The notes: a model not told the origin generated them from the sequence alone. Positions 36,800 through 50,448 are shown, numbered from the stretch's first letter. The stretch is DNA of 64,000 nt from Eledone cirrhosa (GCA_964016885.1 OZ024743.1:199392001-199456000), one strand, 5' to 3'. Program-made: numbers and translations.

Positions 36800-37517
36800 G
36801 CCAATAAATGGAACAAGATGTGTTGTAACAAGATTGCATGAGAACTTGATTGAAGCAACCATTATATTCGGGGCTTACAAAGATCAAGCTCTTCTCATTC
36901 CGAGGATTCAACTTATACCAAGCGATAGCGAGTTGCCTTTTACATTTAAGAGGCTGCAGTTCCCAGTGAGGCCATGTTTTGCCATGAACATCAATAAGAG
37001 TCAAGGTCAAACTTTTAAAACTATTGGTATAGATCTGACAAACCCATGTTTCAGTCATGGCATGTTTTATGTGGCTGTTTCAAGGACGGGAACTTCAAAA
37101 GATCTCTAGATTTTAGCCAATCAAGAAATGTTGTTTACCCTGAAGTTCTTCATTAGGACAAATTATGGAATATATTTTCATGTATTTATTATGTTGAAAA
37201 ATAAATATTTAAACTTTGAATTTCTAATTTGAAAATAATGTTTTACACAAAAATAAAATTATCAAGTTTTGAATTGATATTTTGAATAAAATTATTTACA
37301 AGAAACAAAATAAGAATAAGATTTAATAATGTAATTTTGATATTACATTTGATATTGTTTGATATTATTTTCCTATTTTTGATGCATTACATTTTACATT
37401 GAGTAATATTGAAATGCAGAGTTTTTCTCCATAAAATATATCACTGATTTAAAATCAATCATCATTTTCTTTTTAAAAAAATGTGTGAAATGCAGCAAGG
37501 TGCGGGTAATTCGGCTA

Positions 37518-37518
<1 letters not shown>
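36800..37518 (+). mobile_element. Helitron 3' fragment (PIF1-like helicase C-terminus and CTAG terminus)
   Basis: NGTRCVV...PRIQLIPS..LPFTFKRLQFPVRPCFAMNINKSQGQT...CFSHGMFYVAVSR; ends gcagcaaggtgcgggtaattcggCTAG|T. Confidence 0.88.
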
Positions 37519-37565
<47 letters not shown>

Positions 37566-38002
37566 TAGCCGAATTACCCGCACCTTGCTGCATTTCACAC
37601 ATTTTTTTGTTGGATGAAGAAGTACCAAAAGTTCTCAGTGAAAGGAAGCTATAGTATAAGGTAATTGAGGAGAATCTGAGCTGAAAGGATGAGAGCTGAT
37701 CTCCAAAATGAGTACAGAAGCTCTGCTGGAAAAGACATGTCTGAACCATGTAAGCATCGAAAATATATATATATATATATATATATATAATGTAATTACA
37801 GAATCTTACTCAATGTTATTCTTATATAATGTAATTACAGAATCTTACTCAATGTTATTCTTATATATATATATATATATTTTTTTTTTTTAGTATATGT
37901 TGGTTGTTTACCTGCACCTCAGTATGCAGATTGGAGCACTCGACGAAGTATTTTATATATATATACGTGTGTATACGTATATATATATATACATGTGTAT
38001 AC

Positions 38003-38037
<35 letters not shown>

Positions 38038-39161
38038 CCTTTTATGTCCATTTTTCGATGCTTACATGGTTCAGACATGTCTTTTCCAGCAGAGCTTCTG
38101 TACTCATTTTGGAGATCAGCTCTCATCCTTTCAGCTCAGATTCTCCTCAATTACCTTATACTATAGCTTCCTTTCACTGAGAACTTTTGGTACTTCTTCA
38201 TCCAACAATCACCATCCATTATACATCACATGTCTGTACCAATGCTGTCTTCTCTCTTGCACACAAAATCTGAGAAAACATATCCACTGATGACTATTAT
38301 TTAAAACTAAAAGTTCCGAATGCAATAACATGTTTTAATTTTATATACATATTGTTTGAGTTTCTGATCTTTTAAAATGATAGTGTTGCAATGCTTTCAA
38401 CTACTATGAAATTCAATTTACATATCCTAATTTTGTTTTTAGTTTAGAAAGTCATAGCAATGAACGTGTTGTTGTTTTTTATCCTTGTCATCAAAGGTCT
38501 TCACACCAGCAACCACTTTGCATAGTATACTGGCTGCATTTTATTGTAGCACCAGCACTAGGAAGTTTGTTGGCCACATAAGTGACTGACGAGCTTTCTC
38601 TATCTTATGAAGGGGTGGGTGAAAAAGTATGGGGATGTAATCCTATCCACTAAAATTTCTCTGCATCAAATGTCCATACAATAACAGTCTTCTCTCTTGC
38701 ACACTACACCAGATTCCTGTTGTACATATTTTTTTCTCTCAGCTCTTTTGTGTTATGTATTTCATGCACACTAACATTACACATACATCAGAACATATTG
38801 CTTCATTCTTAGTAGAGTGCACAGGTCCTCTGTAGTCATGGTCTACAGCTCACTGACATGTAGCATTACTGTGCACATACCAGCATCATACTATCTGCTC
38901 TTCAAGCTGAGATATATTCTTCTTGTATATACACACATTCAAACACAGGTGTGCATACACACAAACACGCACGCATGTATATACACACACAAATATACAT
39001 TTATACATATACATATTTGACTTTATATGCATGCATTTGTGTGTGTATATATGTGTATATATGTGCAATGCATAAAATCTATTTGCACATATGTGTATGC
39101 ACAAACCTATATATATATATAAGTATACATATATATTCATATGTATATATATATTTATATG

Positions 39162-39209
<48 letters not shown>

Positions 39210-39212
<3 letters not shown>

Positions 39213-42200
39213 TCATCATCATCATCATCACCGTTTTACGTCCGTTCTTCCACGCTAGCATGGGTTAGACGGGTTGTCCTGTTGTGGGCAGTGTCTGGTC
39301 GGCTGACCATGCCTTGCTCATACAGGAACTGATCTGGCTTGATTTCTACAGCTGGATGCCCTTCCTAACACCAACCTCATTTACAGTGAGTGCTGGGTGC
39401 TTTTTCGTGGCGCCTACACGTCCACTTTACAGTGTGGGCTGGGTGCTTTTTTTGCCGTGGCACCTCCACGACCACCTTGCGGTGGGGGGGGGGGGGGCAT
39501 ATTGTTTATATGCTTCAGCATGTACCCATGGGAGGTCGGGTACCCTGTATTACTGCGTGACGCCAGAAGTCACGGTCGTGTGTCATTGACTTTGGGAGGT
39601 GTAGTTGGGTAAGGTCGGCTTTTATCACCTCATCCCAAGTCATCTTGGGTCTCCCCACTCCGCGGTTTCCATCAACTTCTAGTGCTCTGCACCTTTTTAT
39701 GCAGCTGTCATCCTTCATACGCATCACATGTCCATACCAGCGTAACCGCCTCTCCTGCACGCAGCATTTGATTCCTCTTATGCTCAGTCTCTCTCTCAAT
39801 TCATTTATGCTTTGTCGTTCACGTATATTACTGTTACACATCCATCGGAGCATGCAGGCTTCGTTTCTCTCTAATCTACGTAAGTCTTCCACCTTCAGCG
39901 CCCAGGTCTCACTACCATGCAACATCGCTGTTCGGATACACGCATCATACAGTCTGCCTTTCATTCTGAGGGAGAAGCCTTTTGCAGCTAGCAGTGGTAG
40001 TAGTTCCCTAAACTTCTTCCATCCCGTTCTTACCCTAGTTATTGTACTTTCTGAGCACCCACCTCCGTTGCTAATTCGGTCACCTAGGTAGCAGAAGCTG
40101 TCTACTGTTTCTACAGGGCCCTCCCAGAGATTGGTGGTACTTGTTTCCTGTGGCTGTTTGCTTGCTGTTTCAGCACAGCTGCTGCATGTGAATCCTACAT
40201 TCTTAATTAAGCTTCCTGAGATCCCGCTACATCTCTTGTGTACCCATTGTTTGCATTTGGGGCAAAGAATGGAGTTCCTACCTACACCTTTCCTACATAC
40301 TGAGCAAGGCCATTTCCCTGAGGGGATCTGGGTTCTGTTTTCTCGTCTACTTATAAGGACCTTAGTCTTTGTCATGTTGACTTTGAGGCCCTTTCTCTCT
40401 AGTCCCTGCTTCCAGGTTTGGAATTTATTCTCTAGTTCTACCATAGATTCAGCTATGAGTGCGAGGTCATCAGCATACAGGAGTTCCCATGGGCATCCGG
40501 TCTTAAACTCCTCCGTTATTGCCTGCAGGACTATGATGAACAGGAGAGGGCTAAGAACAGAGCCCTGGTGGACCCCAACCTGTACGCTAAATTCCTCGCT
40601 ATACTCATTGCCAATCCTAACTTTGCTGACTGCTCCCCTATACATGGCTTGTACCGCTTTCACAAGCCATTCATCTACTCCTAGTTTTCTAAGAGCCCAC
40701 CAGATTACTGCACGTGGAACTCTGTCAAAGGCTTTCTCAAGGTCGACAAATGCCAAGTAGAGTGGCTTACTTTTAGCTAGGTACTTTTCCTGTAATTGCC
40801 TCACAAGGAAGAGCGCATCAGTGGTGCCTTTCCCTGGAACAAACCCAAATTGCATCTCGTCTATATTCACCCGGTCCCTAATCAGCTGTGCTATAACTCT
40901 TTCTGTTACTTTCATGACCTGGTCCATCAACTTTATACCTCTATAGTTTCCTCTATCTAGTGCATCGCCTTTACCTTTGTAGCAGTTGACAATGATGCTA
41001 CTGCACCAATCTTTTGGTATGGCCCCCTCTAGTATTACCTGGTTAACGATACGTGTGGTTATAGTGTGACCTACAGACCCAGATGCCTTCAGCATCTCGG
41101 CAGCTATACCCGATGGACCGGTTGCCTTCCCTATCTTCATATCTCTGATTGCCTTACTTACTACGCTGCCGCTGACTTGTACTGCTGGTCCCTCTATAGG
41201 GTCTACGTGGGGTAGGGTCTCTTCTTCCCATGCATTCTCCTCATTTAGTAATCTATCATAATGACTCTTCCATGCATCTTTCTTCTCAGCACTTGTGAGG
41301 GCAAGCTCACCTTTATCATTCCGGATACACTTCTCTCCAATGACATCACAACTATCTCTGACACACTGCCTCGCAATCTTGAATACCTCCTGTTTCTGGT
41401 CCTCACGTTGTAAAACATGCTTGAATTTTCTATCCTCTGCTTCCCTCCTAGCTAAGTATACTTGTCGCCTAGCTTCCCTCTTGGTCTCTATGTAATGTAC
41501 CCTGCTCCCCCCGTTCTTCCATTCTTTCCATGCCTGTCTCTTGGCCTTGACTGCTTCATCTACCTTATTGTTCCACCACCAAGTCACTCTCCTCCTGCTT
41601 GAGGTCTTACTCCAGCCACAAACCTCATCCGTCGCCTCTAGTAAGTTATTTTTTAGGAACTCCCAGTTCTCTTCTACGTTAAATGTCTCTATCTGTTCTT
41701 CTTTACTGTCGTAGGCGTTGAGTAAAATATCTTTAAATCTGTTACTGGTTGAGGGGACTTTCAGCTTCCAGATCTTTCTTCTCCAGGTTGGCCTCTGTTT
41801 CAGGGCTCGCCTAGTTCTGACCGTGAGGTCGCTGACAACTAAGCTATGTTGGGATGTACATTCCTCACTAGGGAAGGCTTTTGTGTTTACGACCGTCCAT
41901 CTGTCACGTCCTCTGATGAGGATAAAATCTAACTGACTAGAGTGCTCCCCTGATCTATAGGTGATCAGGTGGTTGTCGGGTTTTTTAAAGTTTGTGTTAC
42001 ATATCGACATGTCATTGGCGTCGCAGAATTCTAGAAGTCTGAATCCTTCCTCATTCCTTGTGCCAACTCCATGGCCTCCATGTACTCTATTGAAGCCGTC
42101 GCAGTGTTTACCTACGTGTCCGTTAAAATCTCCTGCAATGATTAGGAAGTCCTTGTCGTCTGTTAGAGCAGTAGTGTGTATTAGGGACTCGTAAAACCTA

Positions 42201-42553
42201 TCCTTAAGTTCGTCTGGCAGCCCCGATTGGGGTGCGTAAGCTGATATTATTGTGGTAATTGTCTTATTCAGGACTAGTCTGAGTTTAATGATTCTTGCAT
42301 TTACCCTGTACACTGAGATTACTTTATCTACCCACTTGTCAGCTAATAGTATACCTACACCACCCATCCCATCGTCATTTCCCACCCAGAAAAATTTGTA
42401 GCACTGGCTTTTTCCTACAAGGACTCTAGCAGACCCTCCTCTCCATCTAGTCTCTTGCACACAGCATACATCAACTTCCTTTCGCTCTAGCATTTCTACG
42501 ATTTCTCCTGCTCTTCCTTTCATTGAGCCTACATTGATGGTACCAACTCGGAG
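39210..42553 (-). mobile_element. RTE-clade LINE (family R1) with uninterrupted ORF
   Basis: Single APE-RT ORF, ~300-bp 3' UTR, (GAT)n tail, (TA)n both sides. Confidence 0.96.
39515..42523 (-). CDS. RTE polyprotein: APE endonuclease + reverse transcriptase + PHD-type zinc finger (1002 aa; frame open ~10 codons further upstream, [10 protein letters not shown])
   Basis: VQETRW, SAYAPQ, GDFNGHVG, LDFIL; NYRGIKL, FVDLEKAFD, GVHQGSVLSP, LYADD, FCYLG; RRLRWYGHVMR. Confidence 0.93.
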   Translation of the reverse strand: MKGRAGEIVEMLERKEVDVCCVQETRWRGGSARVLVGKSQCYKFFWVGNDDGMGGVGILLADKWVDKVISVYRVNARIIKLRLVLNKTITTIISAYAPQSGLPDELKDRFYESLIHTTALTDDKDFLIIAGDFNGHVGKHCDGFNRVHGGHGVGTRNEEGFRLLEFCDANDMSICNTNFKKPDNHLITYRSGEHSSQLDFILIRGRDRWTVVNTKAFPSEECTSQHSLVVSDLTVRTRRALKQRPTWRRKIWKLKVPSTSNRFKDILLNAYDSKEEQIETFNVEENWEFLKNNLLEATDEVCGWSKTSSRRRVTWWWNNKVDEAVKAKRQAWKEWKNGGSRVHYIETKREARRQVYLARREAEDRKFKHVLQREDQKQEVFKIARQCVRDSCDVIGEKCIRNDKGELALTSAEKKDAWKSHYDRLLNEENAWEEETLPHVDPIEGPAVQVSGSVVSKAIRDMKIGKATGPSGIAAEMLKASGSVGHTITTRIVNQVILEGAIPKDWCSSIIVNCYKGKGDALDRGNYRGIKLMDQVMKVTERVIAQLIRDRVNIDEMQFGFVPGKGTTDALFLVRQLQEKYLAKSKPLYLAFVDLEKAFDRVPRAVIWWALRKLGVDEWLVKAVQAMYRGAVSKVRIGNEYSEEFSVQVGVHQGSVLSPLLFIIVLQAITEEFKTGCPWELLYADDLALIAESMVELENKFQTWKQGLERKGLKVNMTKTKVLISRRENRTQIPSGKWPCSVCRKGVGRNSILCPKCKQWVHKRCSGISGSLIKNVGFTCSSCAETASKQPQETSTTNLWEGPVETVDSFCYLGDRISNGGGCSESTITRVRTGWKKFRELLPLLAAKGFSLRMKGRLYDACIRTAMLHGSETWALKVEDLRRLERNEACMLRWMCNSNIRERQSINELRERLSIRGIKCCVQERRLRWYGHVMRMKDDSCIKRCRALEVDGNRGVGRPKMTWDEVIKADLTQLHLPKSMTHDRDFWRHAVIQGTRPPMGTC

Positions 42554-42601
42554 TTATATATAAATGTATATGTATATATAAGTTTATGTATATATATATA
42601 A

Positions 42602-42663
<62 letters not shown>

Positions 42664-42699
42664 CTTATATATATATACCCGGTTAAATGGACGGTAAAT

Positions 42700-42740
<41 letters not shown>

Positions 42741-43345
42741 ATATAAATGTTCCAGTATGTATACAGTAACACTTTCATTGATACAAAGCATGTGTTTTAT
42801 ATTTTATGATGAAAAACAACAACCACAATTTATGAAAAAGGAAAGCCAACGTTTTTTTTCCTCCTTTCAAAAATGACAGTGATTATATAATAACTTGAAC
42901 TTAAAAAAATATTTAGAATATTTCACAGATTTAGAATGTGTGTCATCTTTAAGATGAAAGAAAATTTCATTTAAAACCCCCTTTCTAGTTATATTTATGT
43001 TTGTTTGTTGTTGTTTGTGTAGATTTAGTGTGTGTATGTATGCTAGGTTTTAACTTGCATTTTATATATTTTTAAAATATATATAGTATATAAATATATA
43101 GATAAAAACATAAGAAAACAAAGTTATCTTTTTTCCTTACCCATCATGCAATATTTTCACATAGTTCTCTTGTTTTTATGTGCTGTTAAGAATATTTACA
43201 CATTGAAATTCATTACAGTTTACCTTTTTTCAATGGACCTGTGTAGTTCAGTTGTAGCTAAACAACATTATATTTATATTCATTTATATTATTATTACAA
43301 TTGTTATCACCATTATATTATTGTTATTACTATAATCATCATCAC

Positions 43346-43402
<57 letters not shown>

Positions 43403-43403
43403 G

Positions 43404-43584
43404 CTGTGGATTGGCAGTATTGGTAGAGGGCCAGACACCATGCTTTGACATATAGAGGTATGGCCCTTGCCATTCTGAGTTCAAATCCTGCTGAGGTTAA
43501 CTTTGCCTTTCATCCTTACGGGGTCGATAACATAAAGTAGCAGTAATACACTGGATAATTGCTGGCCTTGCGACAAAAGTAGAA
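43404..43584 (+). mobile_element. SINE group A following (ATT)n
   Basis: Consensus match; tail replaced by a Tx1 fragment. Confidence 0.88.
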
Positions 43585-43585
43585 G

Positions 43586-44393
43586 CAGGCACTCACAGCC
43601 CTCGACCAGTTGGGCAATGTGATCGGTGGAAACTCCACCTTATATAGAGGATTAGTAGAGGGGAAGAGCAACGACGAAAATCAACTAGCCAATCTCTTTG
43701 GAAGAACTTTCGGGCCGGGGCCTATGGACAACTTCCAGAAATACCTGACCTGGCAGTGCTACCGAGGAGCTTTGCCAGTTCGGGATAAACTCTACAGGCA
43801 TGGAAGTACCATCAGCCAGGCATGTCCGAGATGCACGCAGGGCGACAAAACCGTCCTGCATGCACTCGTCCAGTGTCCGAGCATTGCTGACTTGTGGGTT
43901 TATGTCGAATACCTGCTGTCGTGTGTAGAATGGATCCGGCTATCAGCTGAGTCCATCGTGAGGATTGCCTCGTCCTCTTCCTTTAGCCAAGAAGGGCAGG
44001 CAGTTTTTATCAGTCTGGTAGCCATGGCGAAAGAGATAGTATGGTGGATGCATCTGAAAGGGCTGAAGACGAGCACTTACCTCTTTGGTGATGCCCTGAT
44101 TAACTTTTTCAAATTTCATTTGAAAAGGAAAATCAGGGTAGAGAGGGAAGTGCTCTCTTCCCAGCATTTTGTTGAAAGATGGGTGGCTTTTTTTAATGGG
44201 CTTTCTCCATGATGGCCCTCAGAAGTCTCCGCCCTATTGGGGAATTTTTCATTGTTTCTTTTTGTTACATCCTCTCTTTTTGTTTTTTTACATGGAGAAA
44301 TGCCCATTTGTACCATCCTGTATTGTCCTGTACTGTCCTGTACTGTCCTTAATGTCTTACTTTGTGTAAACCCTTGTGGTTAATAAAGAAAGC
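43586..44393 (+). mobile_element. 5'-truncated Tx1 LINE fragment (same family as copy 2)
   Basis: ORF 43610-44212 matches 49520-50150 with internal deletions; same 3' end; (ATT)n tail. Confidence 0.9.
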
Positions 44394-44420
44394 ATTATTA
44401 TTATTATTATTATTATTATT

Positions 44421-47400
44421 GAATGCTTTGGTTGACGGAGGCTCGGCTCTGTAAGGTATTGTAAATTTTGACCACTATAACAATTGTAAATTGTTTAAAA
44501 CTTTAACCAACTTGTAGACAAAAACACCCTCCTCCTCGTGAGAGGCGTCTTTCTGCCCGTTATTTGGCCCTTCGGGGTCAAATAACCGCTTATTGGGGTT
44601 TGTGCCCAATATTTATTTTAAACAAAAAAAACAACTTGGCTACGAAAAAGAATTTCCATAGATCACTCCCACTCATTCCGTCTTCTTCTTCATCATCAAT
44701 CGTCACTACAGCAGAGAGAAGATTGTCTCTCTCCCTCCTTTCTCTAAATGTGTCTCTCTCCCTCCCTTCTCTTTCGCAAGCGACGCCAGAAAAGAAAAAT
44801 CACGTGCAAAGCGTGAAAGATTTCTCCACGACGACAACGACGAAAAAGGTGTGCGGGAAATACGAAAACCCATTTCATTCGTCTGACGTCAGGAATAATA
44901 GCAATAGCAGCCGTAATAACAGCAGCAGCAGCAACAGTGACAAGGAAAACAACAGTAGCAGCCGCAACAGCATCAGCAGCAGCATAAACAACAACAGCAT
45001 TAGCAGCAACAGCAACAGTAGCAACAACAACAACAACCACAGCAACAGCGGCGGCGGCAGTAGTCGTAGTACCTGCAGCAACAACAAAAGTAACAGCAGC
45101 TCTGACGACAACGACAACAACAACAACAGCAGCAAAGAAAAACCAATCTCGTTTGCAGGAATCGCAAAGAACCTGGAAACCATCCTCATAACAAATGAGG
45201 AATTAGAGGAAGCGAAGAAGATCGTGACGAAAACCGGACACCGAGCAATCTGCAAGGCAGCCGAACATTTTTTCGAAACCCAACAGCACTGTACGGTCAC
45301 GTACCGTACAGTAAGCACAAAATCCCGTAGGGTTGAAAGAGCCACAGAGGCTCAAATACAAAAAGCCTTAGGGTCTGTGTGGCAGTGGAAAACGCACATC
45401 ACCCGAGGCAAGAAATATGCCACCGTAGACGAGCTTTTTGCCACACCCCAGGAGGCAAAGGCTCAATCCTTAGTGACCCTAAGGAGCGAGGAAATGGTGT
45501 TGGTGCCCTCCTACTGCGGGCAAAAAATTGTGAGGGTCAAACTGACCCACGTCCCCCCCGGGATGGCCCCTTCTTGGCTGGCCGCGTCTGTCCTCGTCGG
45601 AATTGAGGACAAAACAAATGTACTGCAAGTATAGAAAAAAGTAAGAGAAGATTGGGTCGGCATCTCCATTGAGATGTTAATCCAAACCAACCAGGAGTGC
45701 ATCGAAACTATCCCGGATATGATAGACTTCGATAACGGCACTCAACTACCCATAAGTGTTGAGGGCAAACGCCCGAAATGCTTTCGCTGTGGATCGAAGA
45801 CTCACCTCAGGGCCTTCTGCAACGAGAAGACCCTGAGAAAGGAGAAAACCCCCCTCCTTCCGAAACCGACTCCACGGCTATCAGCAACAGGACAAGCGGC
45901 AACCAGGAACGATAGGTCCGTGGCACCCATACCCACGCCACGGAAATCAAAAACAGCAGCAGCAGTGGAAGTATTAACAACAACAACAGTAATACCAAAT
46001 GCAGCTGCAACAGAGACTCCAGTGCAAACATCACCAACAACAACAAGTGAAAGAGTGGAGCTGGTACCCCTCCCCGACTTCACAGAATCAGACATGGAGT
46101 GTGAGGTGGGAGAGGGATGGCAAAAGGTCGTAAGAAGGCACAAACGCAGAAGCAGCGCATCGTCGCCTTCGAAAAGGGAGGAAAGAAATGAAAAAAGGGT
46201 AAAGGCTACTGCAAAGAGACTCACAGCAGCAACACCACCAACACCATCACCACCCACACTACCACCAACATCACCACCGGCGACAACCCCACCGCCAACA
46301 ACAACACCTTCAACACCACCACCACAAGCACCAACATCGCAAACACACCAACAAAACACACACACCCAGCAACAACGACAAGAAAATAGCAGAACCACAC
46401 CCCACCCCCAGAAAAACAAATGCACGGCAATAAATACACACAACAAGAAACTAATGACTTACATAATTGAACACACAGACATTTCACAACACGACTACAT
46501 AATACCAGCACCAATCAAAACGCCAACTAACATAAGACTGCTAAAAATAGCACAGAAACAATACACAAACATTAAAACGAAATTCCCCAACGCAGTTGGT
46601 GATTTCAGAGACCTAGGAGGGACTCTCAACCGAAGGGTATATTCGGACATACTCATAGAAGAGCCGACGACCAGCCGAAGGGACGATTCAACGGTCCCTT
46701 CACCAGACGATCAAGTGAAAAGGGATTGAAAAACCATCCTTCCTCTACGAAAAGTACGGTAAGTGGTGTTTCCCATCTTTTCCACTCTATTTTAAACATG
46801 ACCTCACTCAGAATAGGCAGCATAAATGCGCGTGGCTTGGGGTCGTCATGGAAGCAGGGTCACCTGCTCAACGACTTCAGGTCACTAAACATAGATGTAG
46901 TGGCCATCAGCGAGACCAGAATCTCCGAAGCACGGGCCTTCACACCGATCTTCGGCGGCTACGATATGTACGCATCTCCCAGCCGTCCTGGATCGGGGGG
47001 TGGAGTTGCTGTGCTTTTTCGGAGAGGTTTGGATCTCGCCATACGGGCCATCTTCCTGGACCCAGAGAGTAAGTTGGTGGTGCTGGACGTGACCAGCGGA
47101 GACGGGAAAGCTTTCAGGCTAGTGGCCGTCTATGCTGCGACAGGAGCAGGGCAGCTTGATTTCTTCCGGCGTCTGGAGACCTTTCTTGGAACGTCCCGCT
47201 CTTTAGTGTTAGTGGGCGACTGGAACGGGATCTTAGATGCACGCTGGGGCTGTGTGGGATTAGCGGATAGGGGTGGAGGGTGCAAGAGCCTCGCCAACCT
47301 GCTCAGGCATTTTTAACTGTCTGACAGGTACCGATTGGATTTCCCGAATGTGCCAATGTGGACTTGGACAAATCGCATAGGGTCATCCAGATCATATCTA

Positions 47401-50400
47401 GATAGAGTATTTTGTAGGGAAATACATAGTTCTAGCATAGGCTGTCCACAATTCAAGATAGTGAGCTACACGGACCACAAATTCGTGATCTGTGTGCTTG
47501 ACTTAGATAGGCTTCATAGACGAGGACCCGGCTACTGGAAGCTAAACACGTCCTTACCAGCGCGCAAGGCCTACAGAGACGGGATTAGCGAACTAGTTAA
47601 GCGGGCGTTGACGGGGGCCATCGCCAACAACAAGTGGTGGTTTGCTCTAAAAAGAGCGATTAGAATAGAATCGATTAGCTTTAGTAAGGCTTTAGCAATA
47701 GAGAAAATTAGAGCAGAGGGAGAACTAGTTAGAAAATTAGACGAGGCGCTTAGCAAAGGCATTGCGACCGACGTGCTTGCGGCGAAATTGGCGCTTGACC
47801 AATTCTTCAATGCAAACACGAAGGCTGCGTTGTCAGAGCTAGGGTGCGTGCTCTCAGACACGAGGGGACGAAAGCCGTTCAATGGGCCCGAGTGGCGGAT
47901 GCGCGTCGTGGCAACAAAGCCACGATCCAGTCTTTGGTGGACCACGACGGGCGCATGCTTCTCGATCCCGGGCAAATGTGTGAAGCTTTTCAGCGACACT
48001 TCGCTCAGCTGTTCGGGGGCAGAGGTGGGCCGCGTCGAGGGATGGACTTTAGTGTCTACTTCGACGGACTGCCGCGGCTCTCGGCTACTGAGGCGGAGTG
48101 TTGCGAAAAGCCGATAACAGCCGCTGAAGTAAGGGAGGCAATGACTGGCTGCACAAGGGGTAAATCGCCTGGTTTGGATGGTCTGCCCTATGAACTTTAC
48201 GTACTGATGCCAGACTTGTTCGGAGGCCTCTTGGCGGACGTCTACTGCAATTGGCAACAGAACGGGAGAATTCCCAGTTCTGTGAGCCGAGGAGCGGTGG
48301 CAGTGCTGAGAAAGGATCCGAACAAGGGGAATAACATAGATAATTTCCGGCCCATAACTCTGCTAAACACAGAGTTCAAGATTTTGGCCAAGGTGATAGC
48401 AAAGAGGTTGGCGCTTGTCGTTGGTGGTCTGGTGGGAGAGGCGCAGACATGCGCCATTCACGACAGATCCATCCACGACAACCTCCACCTCATGCGATAC
48501 ATCGTAGAGAGGGTAGCTAGGGAACCTGGCACGGGTGGGTCCTTGATCAATTTAGATCAGTCGAAAGCTTTCGATAGGGTCGACCATCGTTATCTGGCGG
48601 CAGTCCTGAGGGCGGCTGGCTTTGGGGCCGTCTTCAGAGGCTGGATCGCTGCCATGCACAGCGACATCTGCTCTGTGGTGAGAGTGAACGGTCACCTTTC
48701 GGATCCGTTCAACATCATGCGCTCGGTCCGCCAAGGATATCCCCTATCGTCCCTCTTGTACGTATTGACTCTCGAGCCATTACTGCACAAACTGGAGACG
48801 TTGAGGGGCGTCCCGCGCGAACTAGGATGCGGAAGATCCGTGTCAGCATATGCGGACGATGTCACAGTAGTGGTGTCGAACGCCAAACACATCGAGGCGA
48901 TCGGCTCTACACTAAGAGAATACGAAGCAATGATCAACCAGGAAAAGTCAGTGGGCCTGCAGCTCGGCACCTGGAGAGGCATGTCCATGCCGTCCAACAG
49001 CGTCGTCGTCGCGCTGGACGGACGGACCGGTTAAATTCCTAGGGGTCTGGTTCGGTCCGGACCTCCAGACGGACAAAAACTGGGACGAGGTGACGAGCAG
49101 CGTGGCCACTCTCACCCAGAAATGGTTGGAGAGGAAGCTATCCCTGAAAGGTCGAGCGGAGGTGGCTAACGCGTACATCGCGTCCGTCATCTACTACCGC
49201 CTGACCGTCGTACCTTGTCCTAAGCCCCGCCTGACTGCGCTGGAGCGTTTGCTCTTTCGCTTCTTGTGGAAGGGACGCGCTCCGATGGTCAGGCGGTCCA
49301 TCTGCTGTTAACACCCGCTACGTGGAGGGCTGGGCATGCCGTGGCTGATGATGCGCAGACACGCGCTCAGGCTACGACATCTCCACCTCTTCCTCGACGG
49401 TGATCAGGTGTGGCCGCCGTTTGCTAGACACGTTTTTCCCCAGCTCGTCTCCTTGACGGAGCTGCAGTCCTGGGTCAAGCGAAAACCGAGAGGGAGCGCT
49501 TGGAGACTGGAATGTCTTCAGGCGCTCACAGCCCTCGACCAATCGGGCAATGTGATCGGTGGAAACTCCACCTTGGCGTTCTATAGGGGATTAGTGGAGG
49601 GGAAGAGCGACGACGTACTTGGAGAAACTCTAGGCGTCGACGAAAATCAACTAGCCAATCTCTTCGGAAGGACTTTCGGGCCGGGGCCTATGGACAACTT
49701 CCAGAAATCCCTGGCCTGGCAGTGCTGCCGGGGTGCTTTGCCAGTTCGGGATAAACTTTACAGGCATGGAGGTGCCGTCAGCCGGGCATGTCCGAGATGC
49801 GCACAGGGCGACGAAACCGTCCTGCACGCACTCGTCCAGTGTCCGAGCATTGCTGACTTGTGGGTTTATGTCGAACACCTGCTGTCACGTGTAGGACGGA
49901 TCCAGCTATCAGCTGAGTCCATCGTGAGGATTGCCCCGCCCTCTTCCTTTAGCCGGGAAGGGCAGGCAGTTTTTATCTGTCTGGTGGCCATGGCGAAAGT
50001 GATAGTATGGTGGACACGTTTGAAAGGGCTGAAGACGAGCACTTACATCTTCGGTGATGCCCTGATTAACTTTTTCAAATTTCATCTGAAAAGGAAAATC
50101 AGGGTAGAGAGGGAAGTGCTCTCTTCCCAGCATTTTGTTGAAAGATGGGTGAGAGAAGCAAGTATGGCCCGAATGAATGGGCCTTCTCTGAGTATGTGTT
50201 TGTAAATTAAAGGTGGAAAACTGGTGGAGGGCACTTGCCCTGGTGGTCAGGGCCACTGTGGTCTTTTAATGGGCTTTCTCCACATATGTCCCTCGGAAGT
50301 CTCCCCCCTATTGGGGAATTTTTCCTTGTTATTTTATTTCATCCTCTGTTTTTTTTACATGCAGAAATGCCTATTTGTACCGTCCTGTATTGTCCTGTAC

Positions 50401-50448
50401 TGTCCTTAATGTCTACTTTATGTAAACCCTTGTGGTTAATAAAGAAAA

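Noticed and set aside
36834-37109. Host PIF1 helicase exon
   Set aside because: Helitron-type motifs, decayed ends, and a Helitron CTAG terminus 400 bp downstream
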